The position numbers and the translations under genes are program-made. From Gemmatimonas sp. (GTDB taxonomy: Bacteria > Gemmatimonadota > Gemmatimonadetes > Gemmatimonadales > Gemmatimonadaceae), in contig OZ257156.1 in the NCBI GenBank assembly GCA_965279375.1, positions 2,592,001 to 2,656,000 of the forward strand: DNA of 64,000 bases, in the 5' to 3' direction. The notes below the pieces were generated by a model, which had not been told where the DNA came from, ran no database searches, and saw only the letters and a list, made by a program, of their open reading frames with translations. Below are positions 8,617-21,053 of the stretch, one piece after another. Position 1 is the stretch's first letter. Each line of letters begins with the position of its first letter.

Positions 8617-10806
8617 TCATGCGCCGAAGCCCAACGCCTTCCCGCCCGCGTAGACGATCCACGCCGAGCCGTAGGCCAGTCCCAACATGTAGCCAAACTG
8701 CAGCGCTGCCCAGCTCCAGCCGATCCGTCCGCCGCCAGCCTCACGCACGGTAACGGCGATCGTGCTCATGCACATCAGCGCAAAGACGTAGAACACCATC
8801 AGCCCCACCGCGATCAACGGCGTGTACACGAGCTTGCCGGTGATCGGGTTGCGTTCACGCACCAGCCGAGCCTGCAGCGCATCATCGTTGCCGCCGGCGT
8901 CGCCGACGCCGTAGATCGTGCCCATCGTGGAGACGAACACTTCACGCGCCGCGAAACTCGCGGCAATCGAGACGCCGATCTTCCAGTCGTACCCCAGTGG
9001 CCGCACGACGGGCTCGATCGCCTTGCCCACACGACCAAGCACCGAGTGCTCGAGCGCTTGCTCCTGCTGTGCAGCGAGCGGCAACGCGGGATCGATAGCC
9101 GCTTTGGGATACGTCCGCATCGCCCAGAGCACGATGGAGAGCGAAAGAATCACCGTGCCCGCACGGCGCAGAAACAGCTGACACCGTTGCACTACCGACA
9201 CCGCCAGCGAGCGCGGGCTCGGCCAGCGAAACGGCGGCAGTTCGAGAATCATCGGACGCACTGGCCCCTTGAGCAGGGTGCGCTTGAATATTGCCGCCAC
9301 CAGCAGTGCCACCACCGTGCCCAGCAGGTACATGAAGAGCATCGTCGCTCCCTGCAGCGTCACGCCGGGAATGAGCGACAGCGGCGGTACGAAGGCGCCA
9401 ATGAGCAGCGTGTACACCGGCAGCCGCGCCGAACAGCTCATCAGCGGCACCACCATGATGGTGGCCAGTCGATCCTTGGGATCCTCGATGGTGCGCGTGG
9501 CCATGATGCCGGGCACCGCGCAGGCGTAGCCCGAGAGCATGGGAATGAAACTCTTGCCGTGCAGCCCCACTTTGCGCATCACGCGGTCCATCAGATACGC
9601 GGCACGCGCCATGTAGCCTGAGTGCTCAAGCACACCGATGGCCGCGAAGAGAATCGCGATCTGCGGCAGAAATACCAGCACCGAGCCGACACCGGCGAAG
9701 ACGCCGTCCACCACGAGACTGCGCAGATCGCCATCGGGCAGCCATGTACCCAGCGCATTGCCAGCAGTCGCGATGAGGTACTCGATGCCATCACTCAACG
9801 GGGTGGCCCACGAGAAGACGGCCTGAAAGACCAGCACCATCACTATCAGAAAGAGCAGCGGGCCGTAGATGCGATGCAACGCCACCGCATCGATCCGATC
9901 GCTCAGCGAGCGACCGAGGTTCACGCGGCTCGTAACCGCACGTGCGATCACCTGCGCAATCCACGCGTAGCGCACTTCGGACTCGAAGCGTGCGGGCACA
10001 TAGCCGGCGGCGCGCAGCGCGTCTGTCGTGGCAGTGATCGTGGCAGCGAGTCCGGGGACATTGGCGAGATGCGCATCCGTGCGCGTCATGCCAAGCACGC
10101 GGAGCGCTTCCATCTGCGCGGCGGCCGGCGAAAGCCCGTCCGCTTCGAGACAGCGCTCGAGCGGGGCCATCGCTTCTGAGACGGCGGCCGAAAGCGCGAA
10201 ACGACGGACAGGCGCCGGCAACGTGGCGGCGATGAACAGCGCGCGCTTGAGCGGCTCCACGCCTTCGCCGCGCTTGGCGACCGTCGGCACGACCGGCACT
10301 CCGAGTTCGTGAATGAGCTCGGGAATGTCGATGGCCACGCCTTCGTCTTCGGCGACATCGAACTGATTGAGCGCGAGAACGACCGGAACGCCCAACTCCA
10401 TCACCTGACTGGCGAGGAAGAGATTGCGATCGAGATGCGCTGCATCGACCACGACGAGAATCACATCGGGGCGCCAGCGATCGGCGTCTCGACCGAGCAG
10501 CACCTCGAGCGCGATCTGCTCGTCAGGCGATCCCGCAGAGAGCGAGTAGCTGCCGGGCAGGTCGAGCACGGACACCTGCTGCCCTTCCGGGCCGCGGAAG
10601 GTGCCTTCGACTCGCTCCACGGTGACGCCGGCAAAGTTGCCGACGCGCTGACGAAGTCCGGTCAGCGCGTTGAAGAGCGTTGTCTTGCCGGTGTTCGGAT
10701 TGCCAATGATCGCGACGCGCAACGTTGCGCGATCAGCCGATGACGGGACGTGACGCTCTCCGGACTGCTGCGGCGCGGTCTCGGCCGATGATTCAAGGGG
10801 AGTCAC
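8617..10806 (-). CDS. feoB: Ferrous iron transporter FeoB
   Basis: GNPNTGKT, VGNFAGVTVE, DLPG.YSL, MSCSARLPVY, gate/TM domains. Confidence 0.97.
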   Translation of the reverse strand: MTPLESSAETAPQQSGERHVPSSADRATLRVAIIGNPNTGKTTLFNALTGLRQRVGNFAGVTVERVEGTFRGPEGQQVSVLDLPGSYSLSAGSPDEQIALEVLLGRDADRWRPDVILVVVDAAHLDRNLFLASQVMELGVPVVLALNQFDVAEDEGVAIDIPELIHELGVPVVPTVAKRGEGVEPLKRALFIAATLPAPVRRFALSAAVSEAMAPLERCLEADGLSPAAAQMEALRVLGMTRTDAHLANVPGLAATITATTDALRAAGYVPARFESEVRYAWIAQVIARAVTSRVNLGRSLSDRIDAVALHRIYGPLLFLIVMVLVFQAVFSWATPLSDGIEYLIATAGNALGTWLPDGDLRSLVVDGVFAGVGSVLVFLPQIAILFAAIGVLEHSGYMARAAYLMDRVMRKVGLHGKSFIPMLSGYACAVPGIMATRTIEDPKDRLATIMVVPLMSCSARLPVYTLLIGAFVPPLSLIPGVTLQGATMLFMYLLGTVVALLVAAIFKRTLLKGPVRPMILELPPFRWPSPRSLAVSVVQRCQLFLRRAGTVILSLSIVLWAMRTYPKAAIDPALPLAAQQEQALEHSVLGRVGKAIEPVVRPLGYDWKIGVSIAASFAAREVFVSTMGTIYGVGDAGGNDDALQARLVRERNPITGKLVYTPLIAVGLMVFYVFALMCMSTIAVTVREAGGGRIGWSWAALQFGYMLGLAYGSAWIVYAGGKALGFGA

Positions 10807-10849
10807 TGCATCGTCTCAACCGAGGCGACGAACGCCTCGGGGTGCCGAA

Positions 10850-11140
10850 TCAGGCTTTCGCCGACTGCGGCTGCACCGTGATGCCCGCCGTGATCGCAGC
10901 TCCGAGGGCAAGGCGCGTCCCGCGCACCTCGAGCAACATCGCGTGGCGAGAGTCGATCACGTTGACGCTGGTTCCTTCGCACAGACCGAGCGCGCGGAGA
11001 CGACAGGCCTCGTCCGCGGAACACTCGATGTCGACGACCGTCGCTCGACTTCCAGGACGGCACGCCGCCAGCGCGCACGTGGTGCGCGAGGGCGTGTTGT
11101 CAGAGGGCTGCAGCGTAGGAAGCGAGAGGACCGGAGGCAC
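10850..11140 (-). CDS. feoA: Ferrous iron transport protein FeoA
   Basis: RL.ALGL..G..V.V.......V.G.R.AL SH3-like pattern, upstream of feoB. Confidence 0.9.
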   Translation of the reverse strand: MPPVLSLPTLQPSDNTPSRTTCALAACRPGSRATVVDIECSADEACRLRALGLCEGTSVNVIDSRHAMLLEVRGTRLALGAAITAGITVQPQSAKA

Positions 11141-11151
11141 GTGCCGTTAGA

Positions 11152-11166
11152 TGAGAATGTTTCTCA
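11152..11166. promoter_or_regulatory. Fur-type iron box TGAGAATGTTTCTCA
   Basis: Palindrome TGAGAA-N3-TTCTCA resembling the 7-1-7 Fur box, 11 bp upstream of the feoA start. Confidence 0.75.
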
Positions 11167-11179
11167 AACCCGATGATGG

Positions 11180-11209
11180 AGTATACAGTCGCGGGCTCGG
11201 CTGGTGCAA
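11180..11209 (-). promoter_or_regulatory. sigma70-type promoter for feoAB: TTGCAC-N18-TATACT
   Basis: Minus-strand -35 at 11204-11209 and -10 at 11180-11185, just upstream of the Fur-like box. Confidence 0.6.
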
Positions 11210-11281
11210 TAGGGAGTGGAGCATTCGGGTAATACCCTGACGGTTCGGTCAGGGATTCCCTGAGCAGCTCGGGGTCTGCCG

Positions 11282-12136
11282 TTAGGCCGTCGCTACCGTG
11301 GCAGACGAGCCGCCCGCATCGGGGTTACGGCGCCACGCCATGATCGCCACACCGATGGTAAAGATCGTCACGGCAATGATCTGGGCCGACGTCAACCCGA
11401 CGATGCTGACCTGATCGTCCTTGGCGCGGAAGAACTCCACGATGAAGCGCTCGATGCCCGCCAGGACGCAGTACATGCCGAACAGCCAGCCTTCGCGCTG
11501 CTGGTGCCCCCGGAAGCGCCACAGGATGAGGAACATGATGAACCCCATCACGGTCTCGTAGATCTGAGTGGGATGCACGGCGATCACGGACGACGGGTCG
11601 GTGCCTTCCGGCAGCTTCACATGGAATTGCTGCTGCATGACGAGGGCGGTGGACGGCGGCGCCCCCTCGGGGAATCGCACCGAGAACGGTCCGCTCCAGG
11701 GGCGACCGTAGTCGTCGCCAACAGCCCAGCAACCGGTGCGCCCCACGGCATAGCCTGCGGCGATCGCGATACCGGCCACATCGGCGATGCGCAGGAAGCT
11801 CAGCTTCCGCCATTTGATGGTAAGCCAGCAGAGCAACACCGACCCGATGAACCCGCCCCAGAACACGAACCCGCCGCGGCTGAAGAACGCCGCCGGGTCG
11901 CCCGAGAGAATCACGTAGTAGGTCTTGGCCCCGATCAGCGTGCCGAGCAGCGCCGCCAGCACCACATCCGGCATGGCGTCGGATTCCTTGACGTGGCCGC
12001 GACGGGTCAGCTCCATCTGGCAGACGATCTGGGAAATCACGAACGCCGCCAGCACCGCCAGCCCGAAGCCGGTGATTTCGACCGGGCCGAAGAGGTGCAG
12101 TACTACTGGGTGATGGATAATCCCGTCGGGGTTCAT
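11282..12136 (-). CDS. lgt: Prolipoprotein diacylglyceryl transferase
   Basis: G..F.GG..G, GR.GC...GDDYG, HPTQ.YE, RF.VEF.R motifs. Confidence 0.93.
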   Translation of the reverse strand: MNPDGIIHHPVVLHLFGPVEITGFGLAVLAAFVISQIVCQMELTRRGHVKESDAMPDVVLAALLGTLIGAKTYYVILSGDPAAFFSRGGFVFWGGFIGSVLLCWLTIKWRKLSFLRIADVAGIAIAAGYAVGRTGCWAVGDDYGRPWSGPFSVRFPEGAPPSTALVMQQQFHVKLPEGTDPSSVIAVHPTQIYETVMGFIMFLILWRFRGHQQREGWLFGMYCVLAGIERFIVEFFRAKDDQVSIVGLTSAQIIAVTIFTIGVAIMAWRRNPDAGGSSATVATA

Positions 12137-12161
12137 GCGGCGGCGGACAGAGGAAGTGAGC

Positions 12162-13241
12162 TCATGGGGCGTACGGGAACATACCCGGCAACGGAAGAGA
12201 CGATTGCGCCGTGAGCGTGGCCGGCATGCGCTCCCCCACGGCAAAACGATACAGACCAGCCGCGGCGATCATCGCGGCGTTGTCGGTCGCCAGTCTCGGG
12301 GACGGCGCGAAAAGTCGCCCACGACGTTTGGCAATCTTCGCCGCAATACCTGCCTGCAGCGCGCCGTTGCACGCGACGCCGCCACCCAGCACGACGTTGC
12401 TGCGCCCAAACAGCCGTGCAGCGCGGTCGACCTTCTCCGCGAGCGTGTCCACGACGGATTCCTGAAATGCGCGCGCAATTGGGCCACGCTCTGCATCCAA
12501 CACGCCGGCGGACTCGGCTGCGCGCACGTCGAGTAGCACCGCGGTCTTGAGGCCGCTGAACGACAGGTCGAAGTAGTCGTCGTCGCTGGGCGTGGCGTTC
12601 TTGCGTAGCATCGGCCGCGGAAAGCGATGGCTGCCTGCCTCGCTGCCGCGCGCGAGCTCCTCCAGCGGCCGTCCGCCTGGATACGGAAGCCCGATCAGCT
12701 TGGCCACCTTGTCGAAGGCCTCACCTGCCGCGTCGTCGCGCGTGCGCCCGAGCAAGCGATACTCGCCCCACGCCGGGACATCCAGCAGCAGCGTGTGACC
12801 GCCGCTCACCAGCAGCGCCGTGAACGGCGGTCTCGCATCAGGTGACTCGAGCAGCGTGGCAAAGAGATGCCCTTCGAGATGATGCACCGGAACGACCGGC
12901 ACGTTACTGGCACGACCGATCGCCTTGGCGAAGGTCGTTCCCACCAGAAGAGCTCCCACGAGTCCCGGCGCATGCGTCACCGCGATCGCGTCTAGCTCAT
13001 CCAGTGCGATGCCGGCTTCGTCCAGCGCGGTGCGCACCGTTGGCACGATCCCAGTGAGATGCTGTCGGCTGGCAATCTCCGGCACGACACCGCCGAAGAG
13101 GCGATGCACATCCTGCGACAGGATCACCAGCGAGCGCAGCACCGGATGATCCGCATCACCCTCCACCACCGAAGCCGACGTCTCGTCGCACGACGTTTCG
13201 ATGCCGAGTATCCGCAGCGGCCTGTCGGACGACGTGCTCAC
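12162..13241 (-). CDS. tsaD: tRNA threonylcarbamoyladenosine transferase TsaD
   Basis: ILGIETSCDETS, GGVVPEIASRQH, HHLEGH, DDAAGEAFDK, TDNAAMIA; GTG start overlaps the upstream stop. Confidence 0.97.
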   Translation of the reverse strand: MSTSSDRPLRILGIETSCDETSASVVEGDADHPVLRSLVILSQDVHRLFGGVVPEIASRQHLTGIVPTVRTALDEAGIALDELDAIAVTHAPGLVGALLVGTTFAKAIGRASNVPVVPVHHLEGHLFATLLESPDARPPFTALLVSGGHTLLLDVPAWGEYRLLGRTRDDAAGEAFDKVAKLIGLPYPGGRPLEELARGSEAGSHRFPRPMLRKNATPSDDDYFDLSFSGLKTAVLLDVRAAESAGVLDAERGPIARAFQESVVDTLAEKVDRAARLFGRSNVVLGGGVACNGALQAGIAAKIAKRRGRLFAPSPRLATDNAAMIAAAGLYRFAVGERMPATLTAQSSLPLPGMFPYAP

Positions 13242-13678
13242 GGCGGTGTCGGCGACGTGGAGATGATGGGCGCGCTCGATCGCGCGTTCTCTCCCACGCG
13301 CTGCATGCGTACCGTGAGCAGTCGCGGCCGCAAGTCGGTCACGCGCGCTTCGGCACCCGGTGGCAAATCGAGATCCGCTTCCCGCAGTTCGATGCGGACA
13401 CTGTCCGGCGTGTCGTCGGTGATCGCGCGTTGCAGCACTGGCGGCGATTGCAGCAAGCGATACAGATCGCGACGACGACCCACCACGAAGGCACGTACCT
13501 GTGGAACCGGTGCGGTGAGTGTCACCGCGCTGTCGAGCGTGAGCGATACGCGCACGGGCACCCACGACGCGTACGGTTCTTCAGCGCTGACGATGAGCCA
13601 GAGCGCGCACGCCAGCAGCAGCGCGGCCGACGCGCGCGTGAGCGTGGACCACGACAAGCCGGACTCACGTTCCGTCAA
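13238..13678 (-). CDS. YbbR/CdaR-like membrane-anchored protein (single short domain)
   Basis: 'ALLLA..LW..V..E......VPV' N-terminal anchor followed by a beta domain; start uncertain (TTG at 13678 or 13657). Confidence 0.55.
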   Translation of the reverse strand: MTERESGLSWSTLTRASAALLLACALWLIVSAEEPYASWVPVRVSLTLDSAVTLTAPVPQVRAFVVGRRRDLYRLLQSPPVLQRAITDDTPDSVRIELREADLDLPPGAEARVTDLRPRLLTVRMQRVGENARSSAPIISTSPTPP

Positions 13679-14226
13679 CTGCGCGGCTCCGCCAGCAGCT
13701 GCTCGATCAGCTTGCGGTTCTGATCGGAATTCCAGTTCTCGCCACCGATCCACACTTTGCGAATCACACCGTCGCGGCCAATGACGAACGTCTGGGGCAC
13801 ACCGGTGGTGCGGTAGATGTCCTGAATGACGGCACTGGAATCGTGCAGCAGCTCGAACGACAGGCCGAACTCCGTGCCGAAGTCGCGGATGGCCTGCTCC
13901 TTCCCCGCCGGATCGATGCTGACGGCGACGATCTTGAGTCCCTTGGGGCCAAACGCTTCGTGCAGCTTCTGGATGCTGGGCATCTCTTCGCGACACGGGC
14001 CGCACCACGTCGCCCAGATGTTGAGCAGCAGCACCTCGCCACGATAGTTCGAAAGCGACTTGGGCGTTGCCTTGCCGTCGAGCGTCAGCGCGGTGAAGCT
14101 CGGCGCATCAGCGCCAAGAGATACGGTGGTCAGCTCGTCCTTGAGCACGCGCGTTGCCACAAATGCACCACCGCCCAACAGCGCCACGATGCCCAGCACC
14201 ACCAGCCATTGCTGCTTGGCTGTCAC
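13675..14226 (-). CDS. TlpA/ResA-like thiol-disulfide oxidoreductase
   Basis: N-terminal TM, LNIWATWCGPCREEMP, VP.TFVI..DG.I. Confidence 0.92.
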   Translation of the reverse strand: MTAKQQWLVVLGIVALLGGGAFVATRVLKDELTTVSLGADAPSFTALTLDGKATPKSLSNYRGEVLLLNIWATWCGPCREEMPSIQKLHEAFGPKGLKIVAVSIDPAGKEQAIRDFGTEFGLSFELLHDSSAVIQDIYRTTGVPQTFVIGRDGVIRKVWIGGENWNSDQNRKLIEQLLAEPRS

Positions 14227-14888
14227 GCCGTCTCCGCGCAGAGCTCGCGCAGGACGCGAATCTCTCCCTGCGGATCGGTGGCGCTGAAGATCGCATTGCC
14301 GGCGACGAACGTGTCCGCGCCCGCCTGCCAGCAACGCGCAATCGTGTCGCGCGAAATGCCGCCGTCGACCTCGAGTGCCGCCGCGCTGTCGGCCTGGTCG
14401 AGCAGCCAGCGTGCGCGCGCGATCTTGTCCACCGAGTACTCGATGAACTTCTGTCCGCCGTAGCCCGGATTGACGCTCATGATGAGCAGGAGATCGAGCA
14501 TGTGCGCGACTTCTTCGATGGCGCTGAGCGGCGTGCCCGGGTTGAGCGCGACGCCTGCCTTGCAGCCGAGTTCCTTGATGCGCATGAGCTGACGATCGAG
14601 ATGCGGCGCGGCTTCGGCGTGAATCGTGAGCACGTCGGCGCCGGCCTTGGCGCATTCGTCGAAGTAGCGCTCCGGCTCGACGACCATCAGGTGCACGTCG
14701 ATGGTGAGCTTGGTCGAGCGTTCGACGGCGTCGATGACCTTTGAGCCGAACGAAAGACTGGGCACGAAGCGCCCGTCCATGATGTCCACGTGAATCCAAT
14801 CGGCGCCGCCCGCTTCGACCATCGCAAGGTCAGCACCAAGGTGGCGGAAGTCGGACGCGAGTACGGACGGTGCGATACGAACGGTCAT
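14223..14888 (-). CDS. rpe: Ribulose-phosphate 3-epimerase
   Basis: IAPS.L, HVDIMDG.FVP, DVHLMV, MSVNPG.GGQ, EVDGG. Confidence 0.97.
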   Translation of the reverse strand: MTVRIAPSVLASDFRHLGADLAMVEAGGADWIHVDIMDGRFVPSLSFGSKVIDAVERSTKLTIDVHLMVVEPERYFDECAKAGADVLTIHAEAAPHLDRQLMRIKELGCKAGVALNPGTPLSAIEEVAHMLDLLLIMSVNPGYGGQKFIEYSVDKIARARWLLDQADSAAALEVDGGISRDTIARCWQAGADTFVAGNAIFSATDPQGEIRVLRELCAETA

Positions 14889-15412
14889 GGCTGTGGTGCG
14901 AAAAAGGCGAAATCGGTAGGAGGCGTGCGACCGTTGCTCAGCACGAGCGTCACGGTGCCGTTGATCTGCTGCGACTCACCGGCGCCCGGTACCGTGCGAA
15001 GCACTGTGCCGGCCGGCGTGCGGGAATCTTCCAACTCGGCGGTGCCGACGGTGAGCTTCGCGTCGGTGAGGCGCGTGCGCGCGAGTCCCTCTTCCAGCCC
15101 GATCACGTCGGGGACGGTCACGAGCGTACGTGAATACTCGATGCTGTCGCGCACGCGCTGAATGCGATTCGTCGCTTCCGCGCTGTCCGAAGCACGGCGC
15201 TGACTGCGCGCATCGGTCTTGGGTGCGCCGACGCCGGTGCTGTCGAGCAACAGTTCCACCGAATCGCGTGACACAGGGCGACCCGGCTCGAGCGCACGCA
15301 CCGCCGCCACGCCGATGCCGCCACCGATAGCGAGTCCCAGCACGCTCAAGGCGATGATGCGCTTCACCCACGTGCCCGTCGTCAACGCGCCCTTCGCTTT
15401 CTTCGCGGCCAT
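14885..15412 (-). CDS. Membrane-anchored PASTA-domain protein
   Basis: TM segment followed by VPDVIG....A...L....L......G.V..T.P..G......V.L.LS.G. Confidence 0.85.
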   Translation of the reverse strand: MAAKKAKGALTTGTWVKRIIALSVLGLAIGGGIGVAAVRALEPGRPVSRDSVELLLDSTGVGAPKTDARSQRRASDSAEATNRIQRVRDSIEYSRTLVTVPDVIGLEEGLARTRLTDAKLTVGTAELEDSRTPAGTVLRTVPGAGESQQINGTVTLVLSNGRTPPTDFAFFAPQP

Positions 15413-16800
15413 CAGAGAGCTCTCCGCAGTCGTGCCGCGAAGGCGCCGTCGGTGCCCGCCGTCTGCGGCAGTACACGCAACAGTCCGCCGTCGAGTACTT
15501 CGTCAGGTACAGTGCCGCGCGCGGGTGGTTCCAGCGTGAACTCCGGATGCTCGGCGAGAAACGCGTCGATCTGATCGTCGTTCTCTTCCAGTTCGAGCGA
15601 GCACGTGCTGTAGATCAACAATCCTCCCGGCTTCACGACCGTTGCGGCAGCGCGAAGAATCTGCTTCTGCAGCGCGCCCAACACGGCGAAATCCGAGACG
15701 CGCAAACGCCAGCGCGCGTCGGGGTGCCTCTTGAAGGTGCCGGTGCCGGTGCAGGGCACGTCCACGAGCACGGCATCTACGGGCGTGATCGCCGGAAAGC
15801 GCGCGTCGGCGACGATGGACACGAGGTTGTTCGCGTCGATGCGACCGAGCCCGAGGAGCATGCGGTCAACGCGCATGTTGTTGCGGTCGGCCGCGATGAC
15901 GGTCGCGGCGGTGCGCGAAAGCTCGATCGCCTTGCCGCCGGGCGCCGCACACAGGTCGGCAGCGATGGATCCCGCGGGAACGGCAGCGTACTGCGTGACC
16001 AACGTGGCCGCCGGATCCTGCACGAAGAGCAACCCTTGCTTGAACGTGCCAAGCTCGGTGAGCGCGACACCAGGACCCAACTGCAGCGAGTCGGCCACGA
16101 GTGGCACGGCGTGCGTCGTCACGCCCGCACCCTCGAGCATCGACGCGAGTTCATCGCGGCCCACGCCAAAGGGGCGCACGGTGATGGTCGCTTCTTCGTT
16201 GTTGCTGGCCAGCAGACGCTCCACGTCCGCTTCGCTCCACCGCTCGAGCCACCGCGCAACGACCCAGCGCGGGTGCGAGAAGCGCTGCGCAAGCGCTTCG
16301 ATGGGATCGGACGGAATGGGCGGCTCGATGGCATCGCGCTCGCGATCGACACGCCGCAACACGGCGTTAGCCAGCTTGCTGGCACCGATACCATGACGAC
16401 GCTTGGTCAGCTCGACAGTCTGCGCGATGGCGGCGTACGCTGGCACACTGCCCATGAACAGGAGCTGATAGGCGCCAAGTCGCAGCAGGTCGGCCACGTC
16501 GGCATCGAGCTTGGCAATGCCGCCACGTACGCGCACGCCGAGCATCGCATCGAGCCAACCGCGCCGACGGAGCATCCCCCAGACGAGCTCCTGCACCCAG
16601 CGGCGATCGCGCGCATCGAGGGCGCCCACGCGGCGCTCGAACGCCACATCGAGCATGGCGCCGGAGCGCATGTCGGCCAACGCCATCGCGGCCGCGGTGC
16701 GCGCCTCGGTGACGCCACCGGCCGAGTTGGCGGATTTCGACTTTCCTGGCGCGCTTTTGCGCGCTCGCACACCCTGTTCGGGCCCTTCGACCGGCGTCAT
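15412..16800 (-). CDS. rsmB: 16S rRNA m5C967 methyltransferase RsmB
   Basis: NusB-like N-terminus, SHP.W, DLCAAPGGK, DVPCTGTG, YSTCS...EN. Confidence 0.95.
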   Translation of the reverse strand: MTPVEGPEQGVRARKSAPGKSKSANSAGGVTEARTAAAMALADMRSGAMLDVAFERRVGALDARDRRWVQELVWGMLRRRGWLDAMLGVRVRGGIAKLDADVADLLRLGAYQLLFMGSVPAYAAIAQTVELTKRRHGIGASKLANAVLRRVDRERDAIEPPIPSDPIEALAQRFSHPRWVVARWLERWSEADVERLLASNNEEATITVRPFGVGRDELASMLEGAGVTTHAVPLVADSLQLGPGVALTELGTFKQGLLFVQDPAATLVTQYAAVPAGSIAADLCAAPGGKAIELSRTAATVIAADRNNMRVDRMLLGLGRIDANNLVSIVADARFPAITPVDAVLVDVPCTGTGTFKRHPDARWRLRVSDFAVLGALQKQILRAAATVVKPGGLLIYSTCSLELEENDDQIDAFLAEHPEFTLEPPARGTVPDEVLDGGLLRVLPQTAGTDGAFAARLRRAL

Positions 16801-16850
16801 GGTCGAAAGATAGTCGGGGTGGGTGCGCGGTCGCTGCTACGCGGTGGCTC

Positions 16851-17819
16851 TCAGGCGATATCGTCGAAGCGATCGCCCACGGCGATGCCGCGCCCGCGGA
16901 GCCACGCATCGGGAGCCAGTCGTGGCTTCCCACTGGGTTGCACACCGCTCAGGCGCACCGCGCCGGTGCAGCAACGCACGAGGAGCCCGTCAACGTCGGC
17001 GGAGCGCACCGTCCCCGCCGGTGAGGACCGGGTCGGCTCGTCGAGGGCGGCATCGGTACCGTCGCCCACCAGCCGCACACCGAAGCACTTCACGTCGGTG
17101 CCACGCAGTGCGGCGTAGGCCCCCGGACGCGGATCGAAGGCGCGGACAACTCGAGCAACCTGCTCCGCCGTGGCGCTGAAATCGATGCGCGCCATGGCCC
17201 GGTCGATCTTGGGGGCGTAGGTGGCGAGTTCATGCTCCTGCTCGACCGGCTGCGCCACGTCCGCTTCGATCATCGCCAGTGCCTGCACGATGCCAAGGGC
17301 ACCCAGCTCCGCCAACCGATCGTGCAGGTCGCCGTAGGTCTCCTCAGGAGAGATTGGGGTGCGCAGGACATGCAGCATTGCGCCGGCGTCGAGCGCGTGG
17401 ACCATCTGCATGATGGTGACGCCCGTTTCGCTGAAGCCCTGCAGAATGGCCGCCTGCAGCGGCGCCGCACCGCGGAGCAGAGGCAGAATGGAGCCGTGGA
17501 TGTTGATGGTGCCACGAGGCGGCAGGTCGATGACCGCCTGCGGCAGAATGCGGCCGTACGCCACCACAACCGATATGTCGGGCTCGAGGGCGCGCATTGC
17601 CGCGAGAAACTCGTCGCCGCGCGGCTTGTCGGGCTGCAGCACGGGAATGCCTTCTTCCAGCGCGACCACTTTCACGGGCGACGGATCGAGCTGCGAGCGC
17701 GACCGGCCGCGAGGGACGTCGGCTCGCGTGACGACGCCGACGACGTCGTGCCCTTCGCCCAGCAGTGCCCTGAGCGGTGGCACTGCGAAATCAGGCGTGC
17801 CCCAGAAGAGAATTCGCAT
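16851..17819 (-). CDS. fmt: Methionyl-tRNA formyltransferase
   Basis: F.GTPDFA, VVAYG.ILP, NIH.S.LP..RGAAP. Confidence 0.97.
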   Translation of the reverse strand: MRILFWGTPDFAVPPLRALLGEGHDVVGVVTRADVPRGRSRSQLDPSPVKVVALEEGIPVLQPDKPRGDEFLAAMRALEPDISVVVAYGRILPQAVIDLPPRGTINIHGSILPLLRGAAPLQAAILQGFSETGVTIMQMVHALDAGAMLHVLRTPISPEETYGDLHDRLAELGALGIVQALAMIEADVAQPVEQEHELATYAPKIDRAMARIDFSATAEQVARVVRAFDPRPGAYAALRGTDVKCFGVRLVGDGTDAALDEPTRSSPAGTVRSADVDGLLVRCCTGAVRLSGVQPSGKPRLAPDAWLRGRGIAVGDRFDDIA

Positions 17820-17845
17820 CGACGGCGCTGGGGCGGAGGGTGCGG

Positions 17846-18400
17846 CTAGTTCGCGTCGCGGTCGCGCTCGACGGGAAGATCGCCGACCGGAAGCACGCGG
17901 AGCAGCTTCGGATACTGCGACTTCTCGTCTTCCCAGTCGCGCAGCGCCGCGCGCCGCTTGAGAATGCTCAACCGGTCGATGAACGTCTTGCCGTGCAGGT
18001 GATCGATCTCATGCTGCAGGCAGCGTCCCAACAGGTTGGCCGCCTCGACCTCATAGAAATTGCCGTCGATGTCCTGCGCCCGCATGATGATGCGCGCTGA
18101 CCGCTCGACGTCCGCGAAGACTTCGGGAATTGAAAGGCATCCTTCTTCGCCTTTCACCTTCCCTTCCTTGAGGATGATCTCGGGGTTGATGACCACGAGA
18201 CGCGTATCGTCGGCATCGACGATCGCGAGACGCTCACGACGGCCGACTTGCGGTGCCGCGAGGCCGACGCCCTTGGCCTTCTCCATCGTGTCGAACATGT
18301 CGTCGACGAGGCGACGGAGTTCCGGCGTGATCGTCTCGATGCGCTCCGTTTCCTGCCGGAGGATAGGGGAGCCGAGGACGTGAATGTCGAGCAGAGCCAC
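17846..18400 (-). CDS. def: Peptide deformylase
   Basis: GVGLAAPQVG, EGCLS, QHEIDHL.G. Confidence 0.97.
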   Translation of the reverse strand: MALLDIHVLGSPILRQETERIETITPELRRLVDDMFDTMEKAKGVGLAAPQVGRRERLAIVDADDTRLVVINPEIILKEGKVKGEEGCLSIPEVFADVERSARIIMRAQDIDGNFYEVEAANLLGRCLQHEIDHLHGKTFIDRLSILKRRAALRDWEDEKSQYPKLLRVLPVGDLPVERDRDAN

Positions 18401-18407
18401 GGACGGA

Positions 18408-20991
<2,584 letters not shown>

Positions 20992-21053
20992 TCAGCCGCG
21001 AAAGACAATCGATGCGCGCGCATCGCGCAACGGTCGAGCGGTGCGTGCAGCGG

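Noticed and set aside
13238..15412. CdaR-like and PASTA genes as a c-di-AMP / Ser-Thr kinase signalling locus
   Set aside because: No diadenylate cyclase or kinase domain in the window; both are small stand-alone domains in a housekeeping operon.
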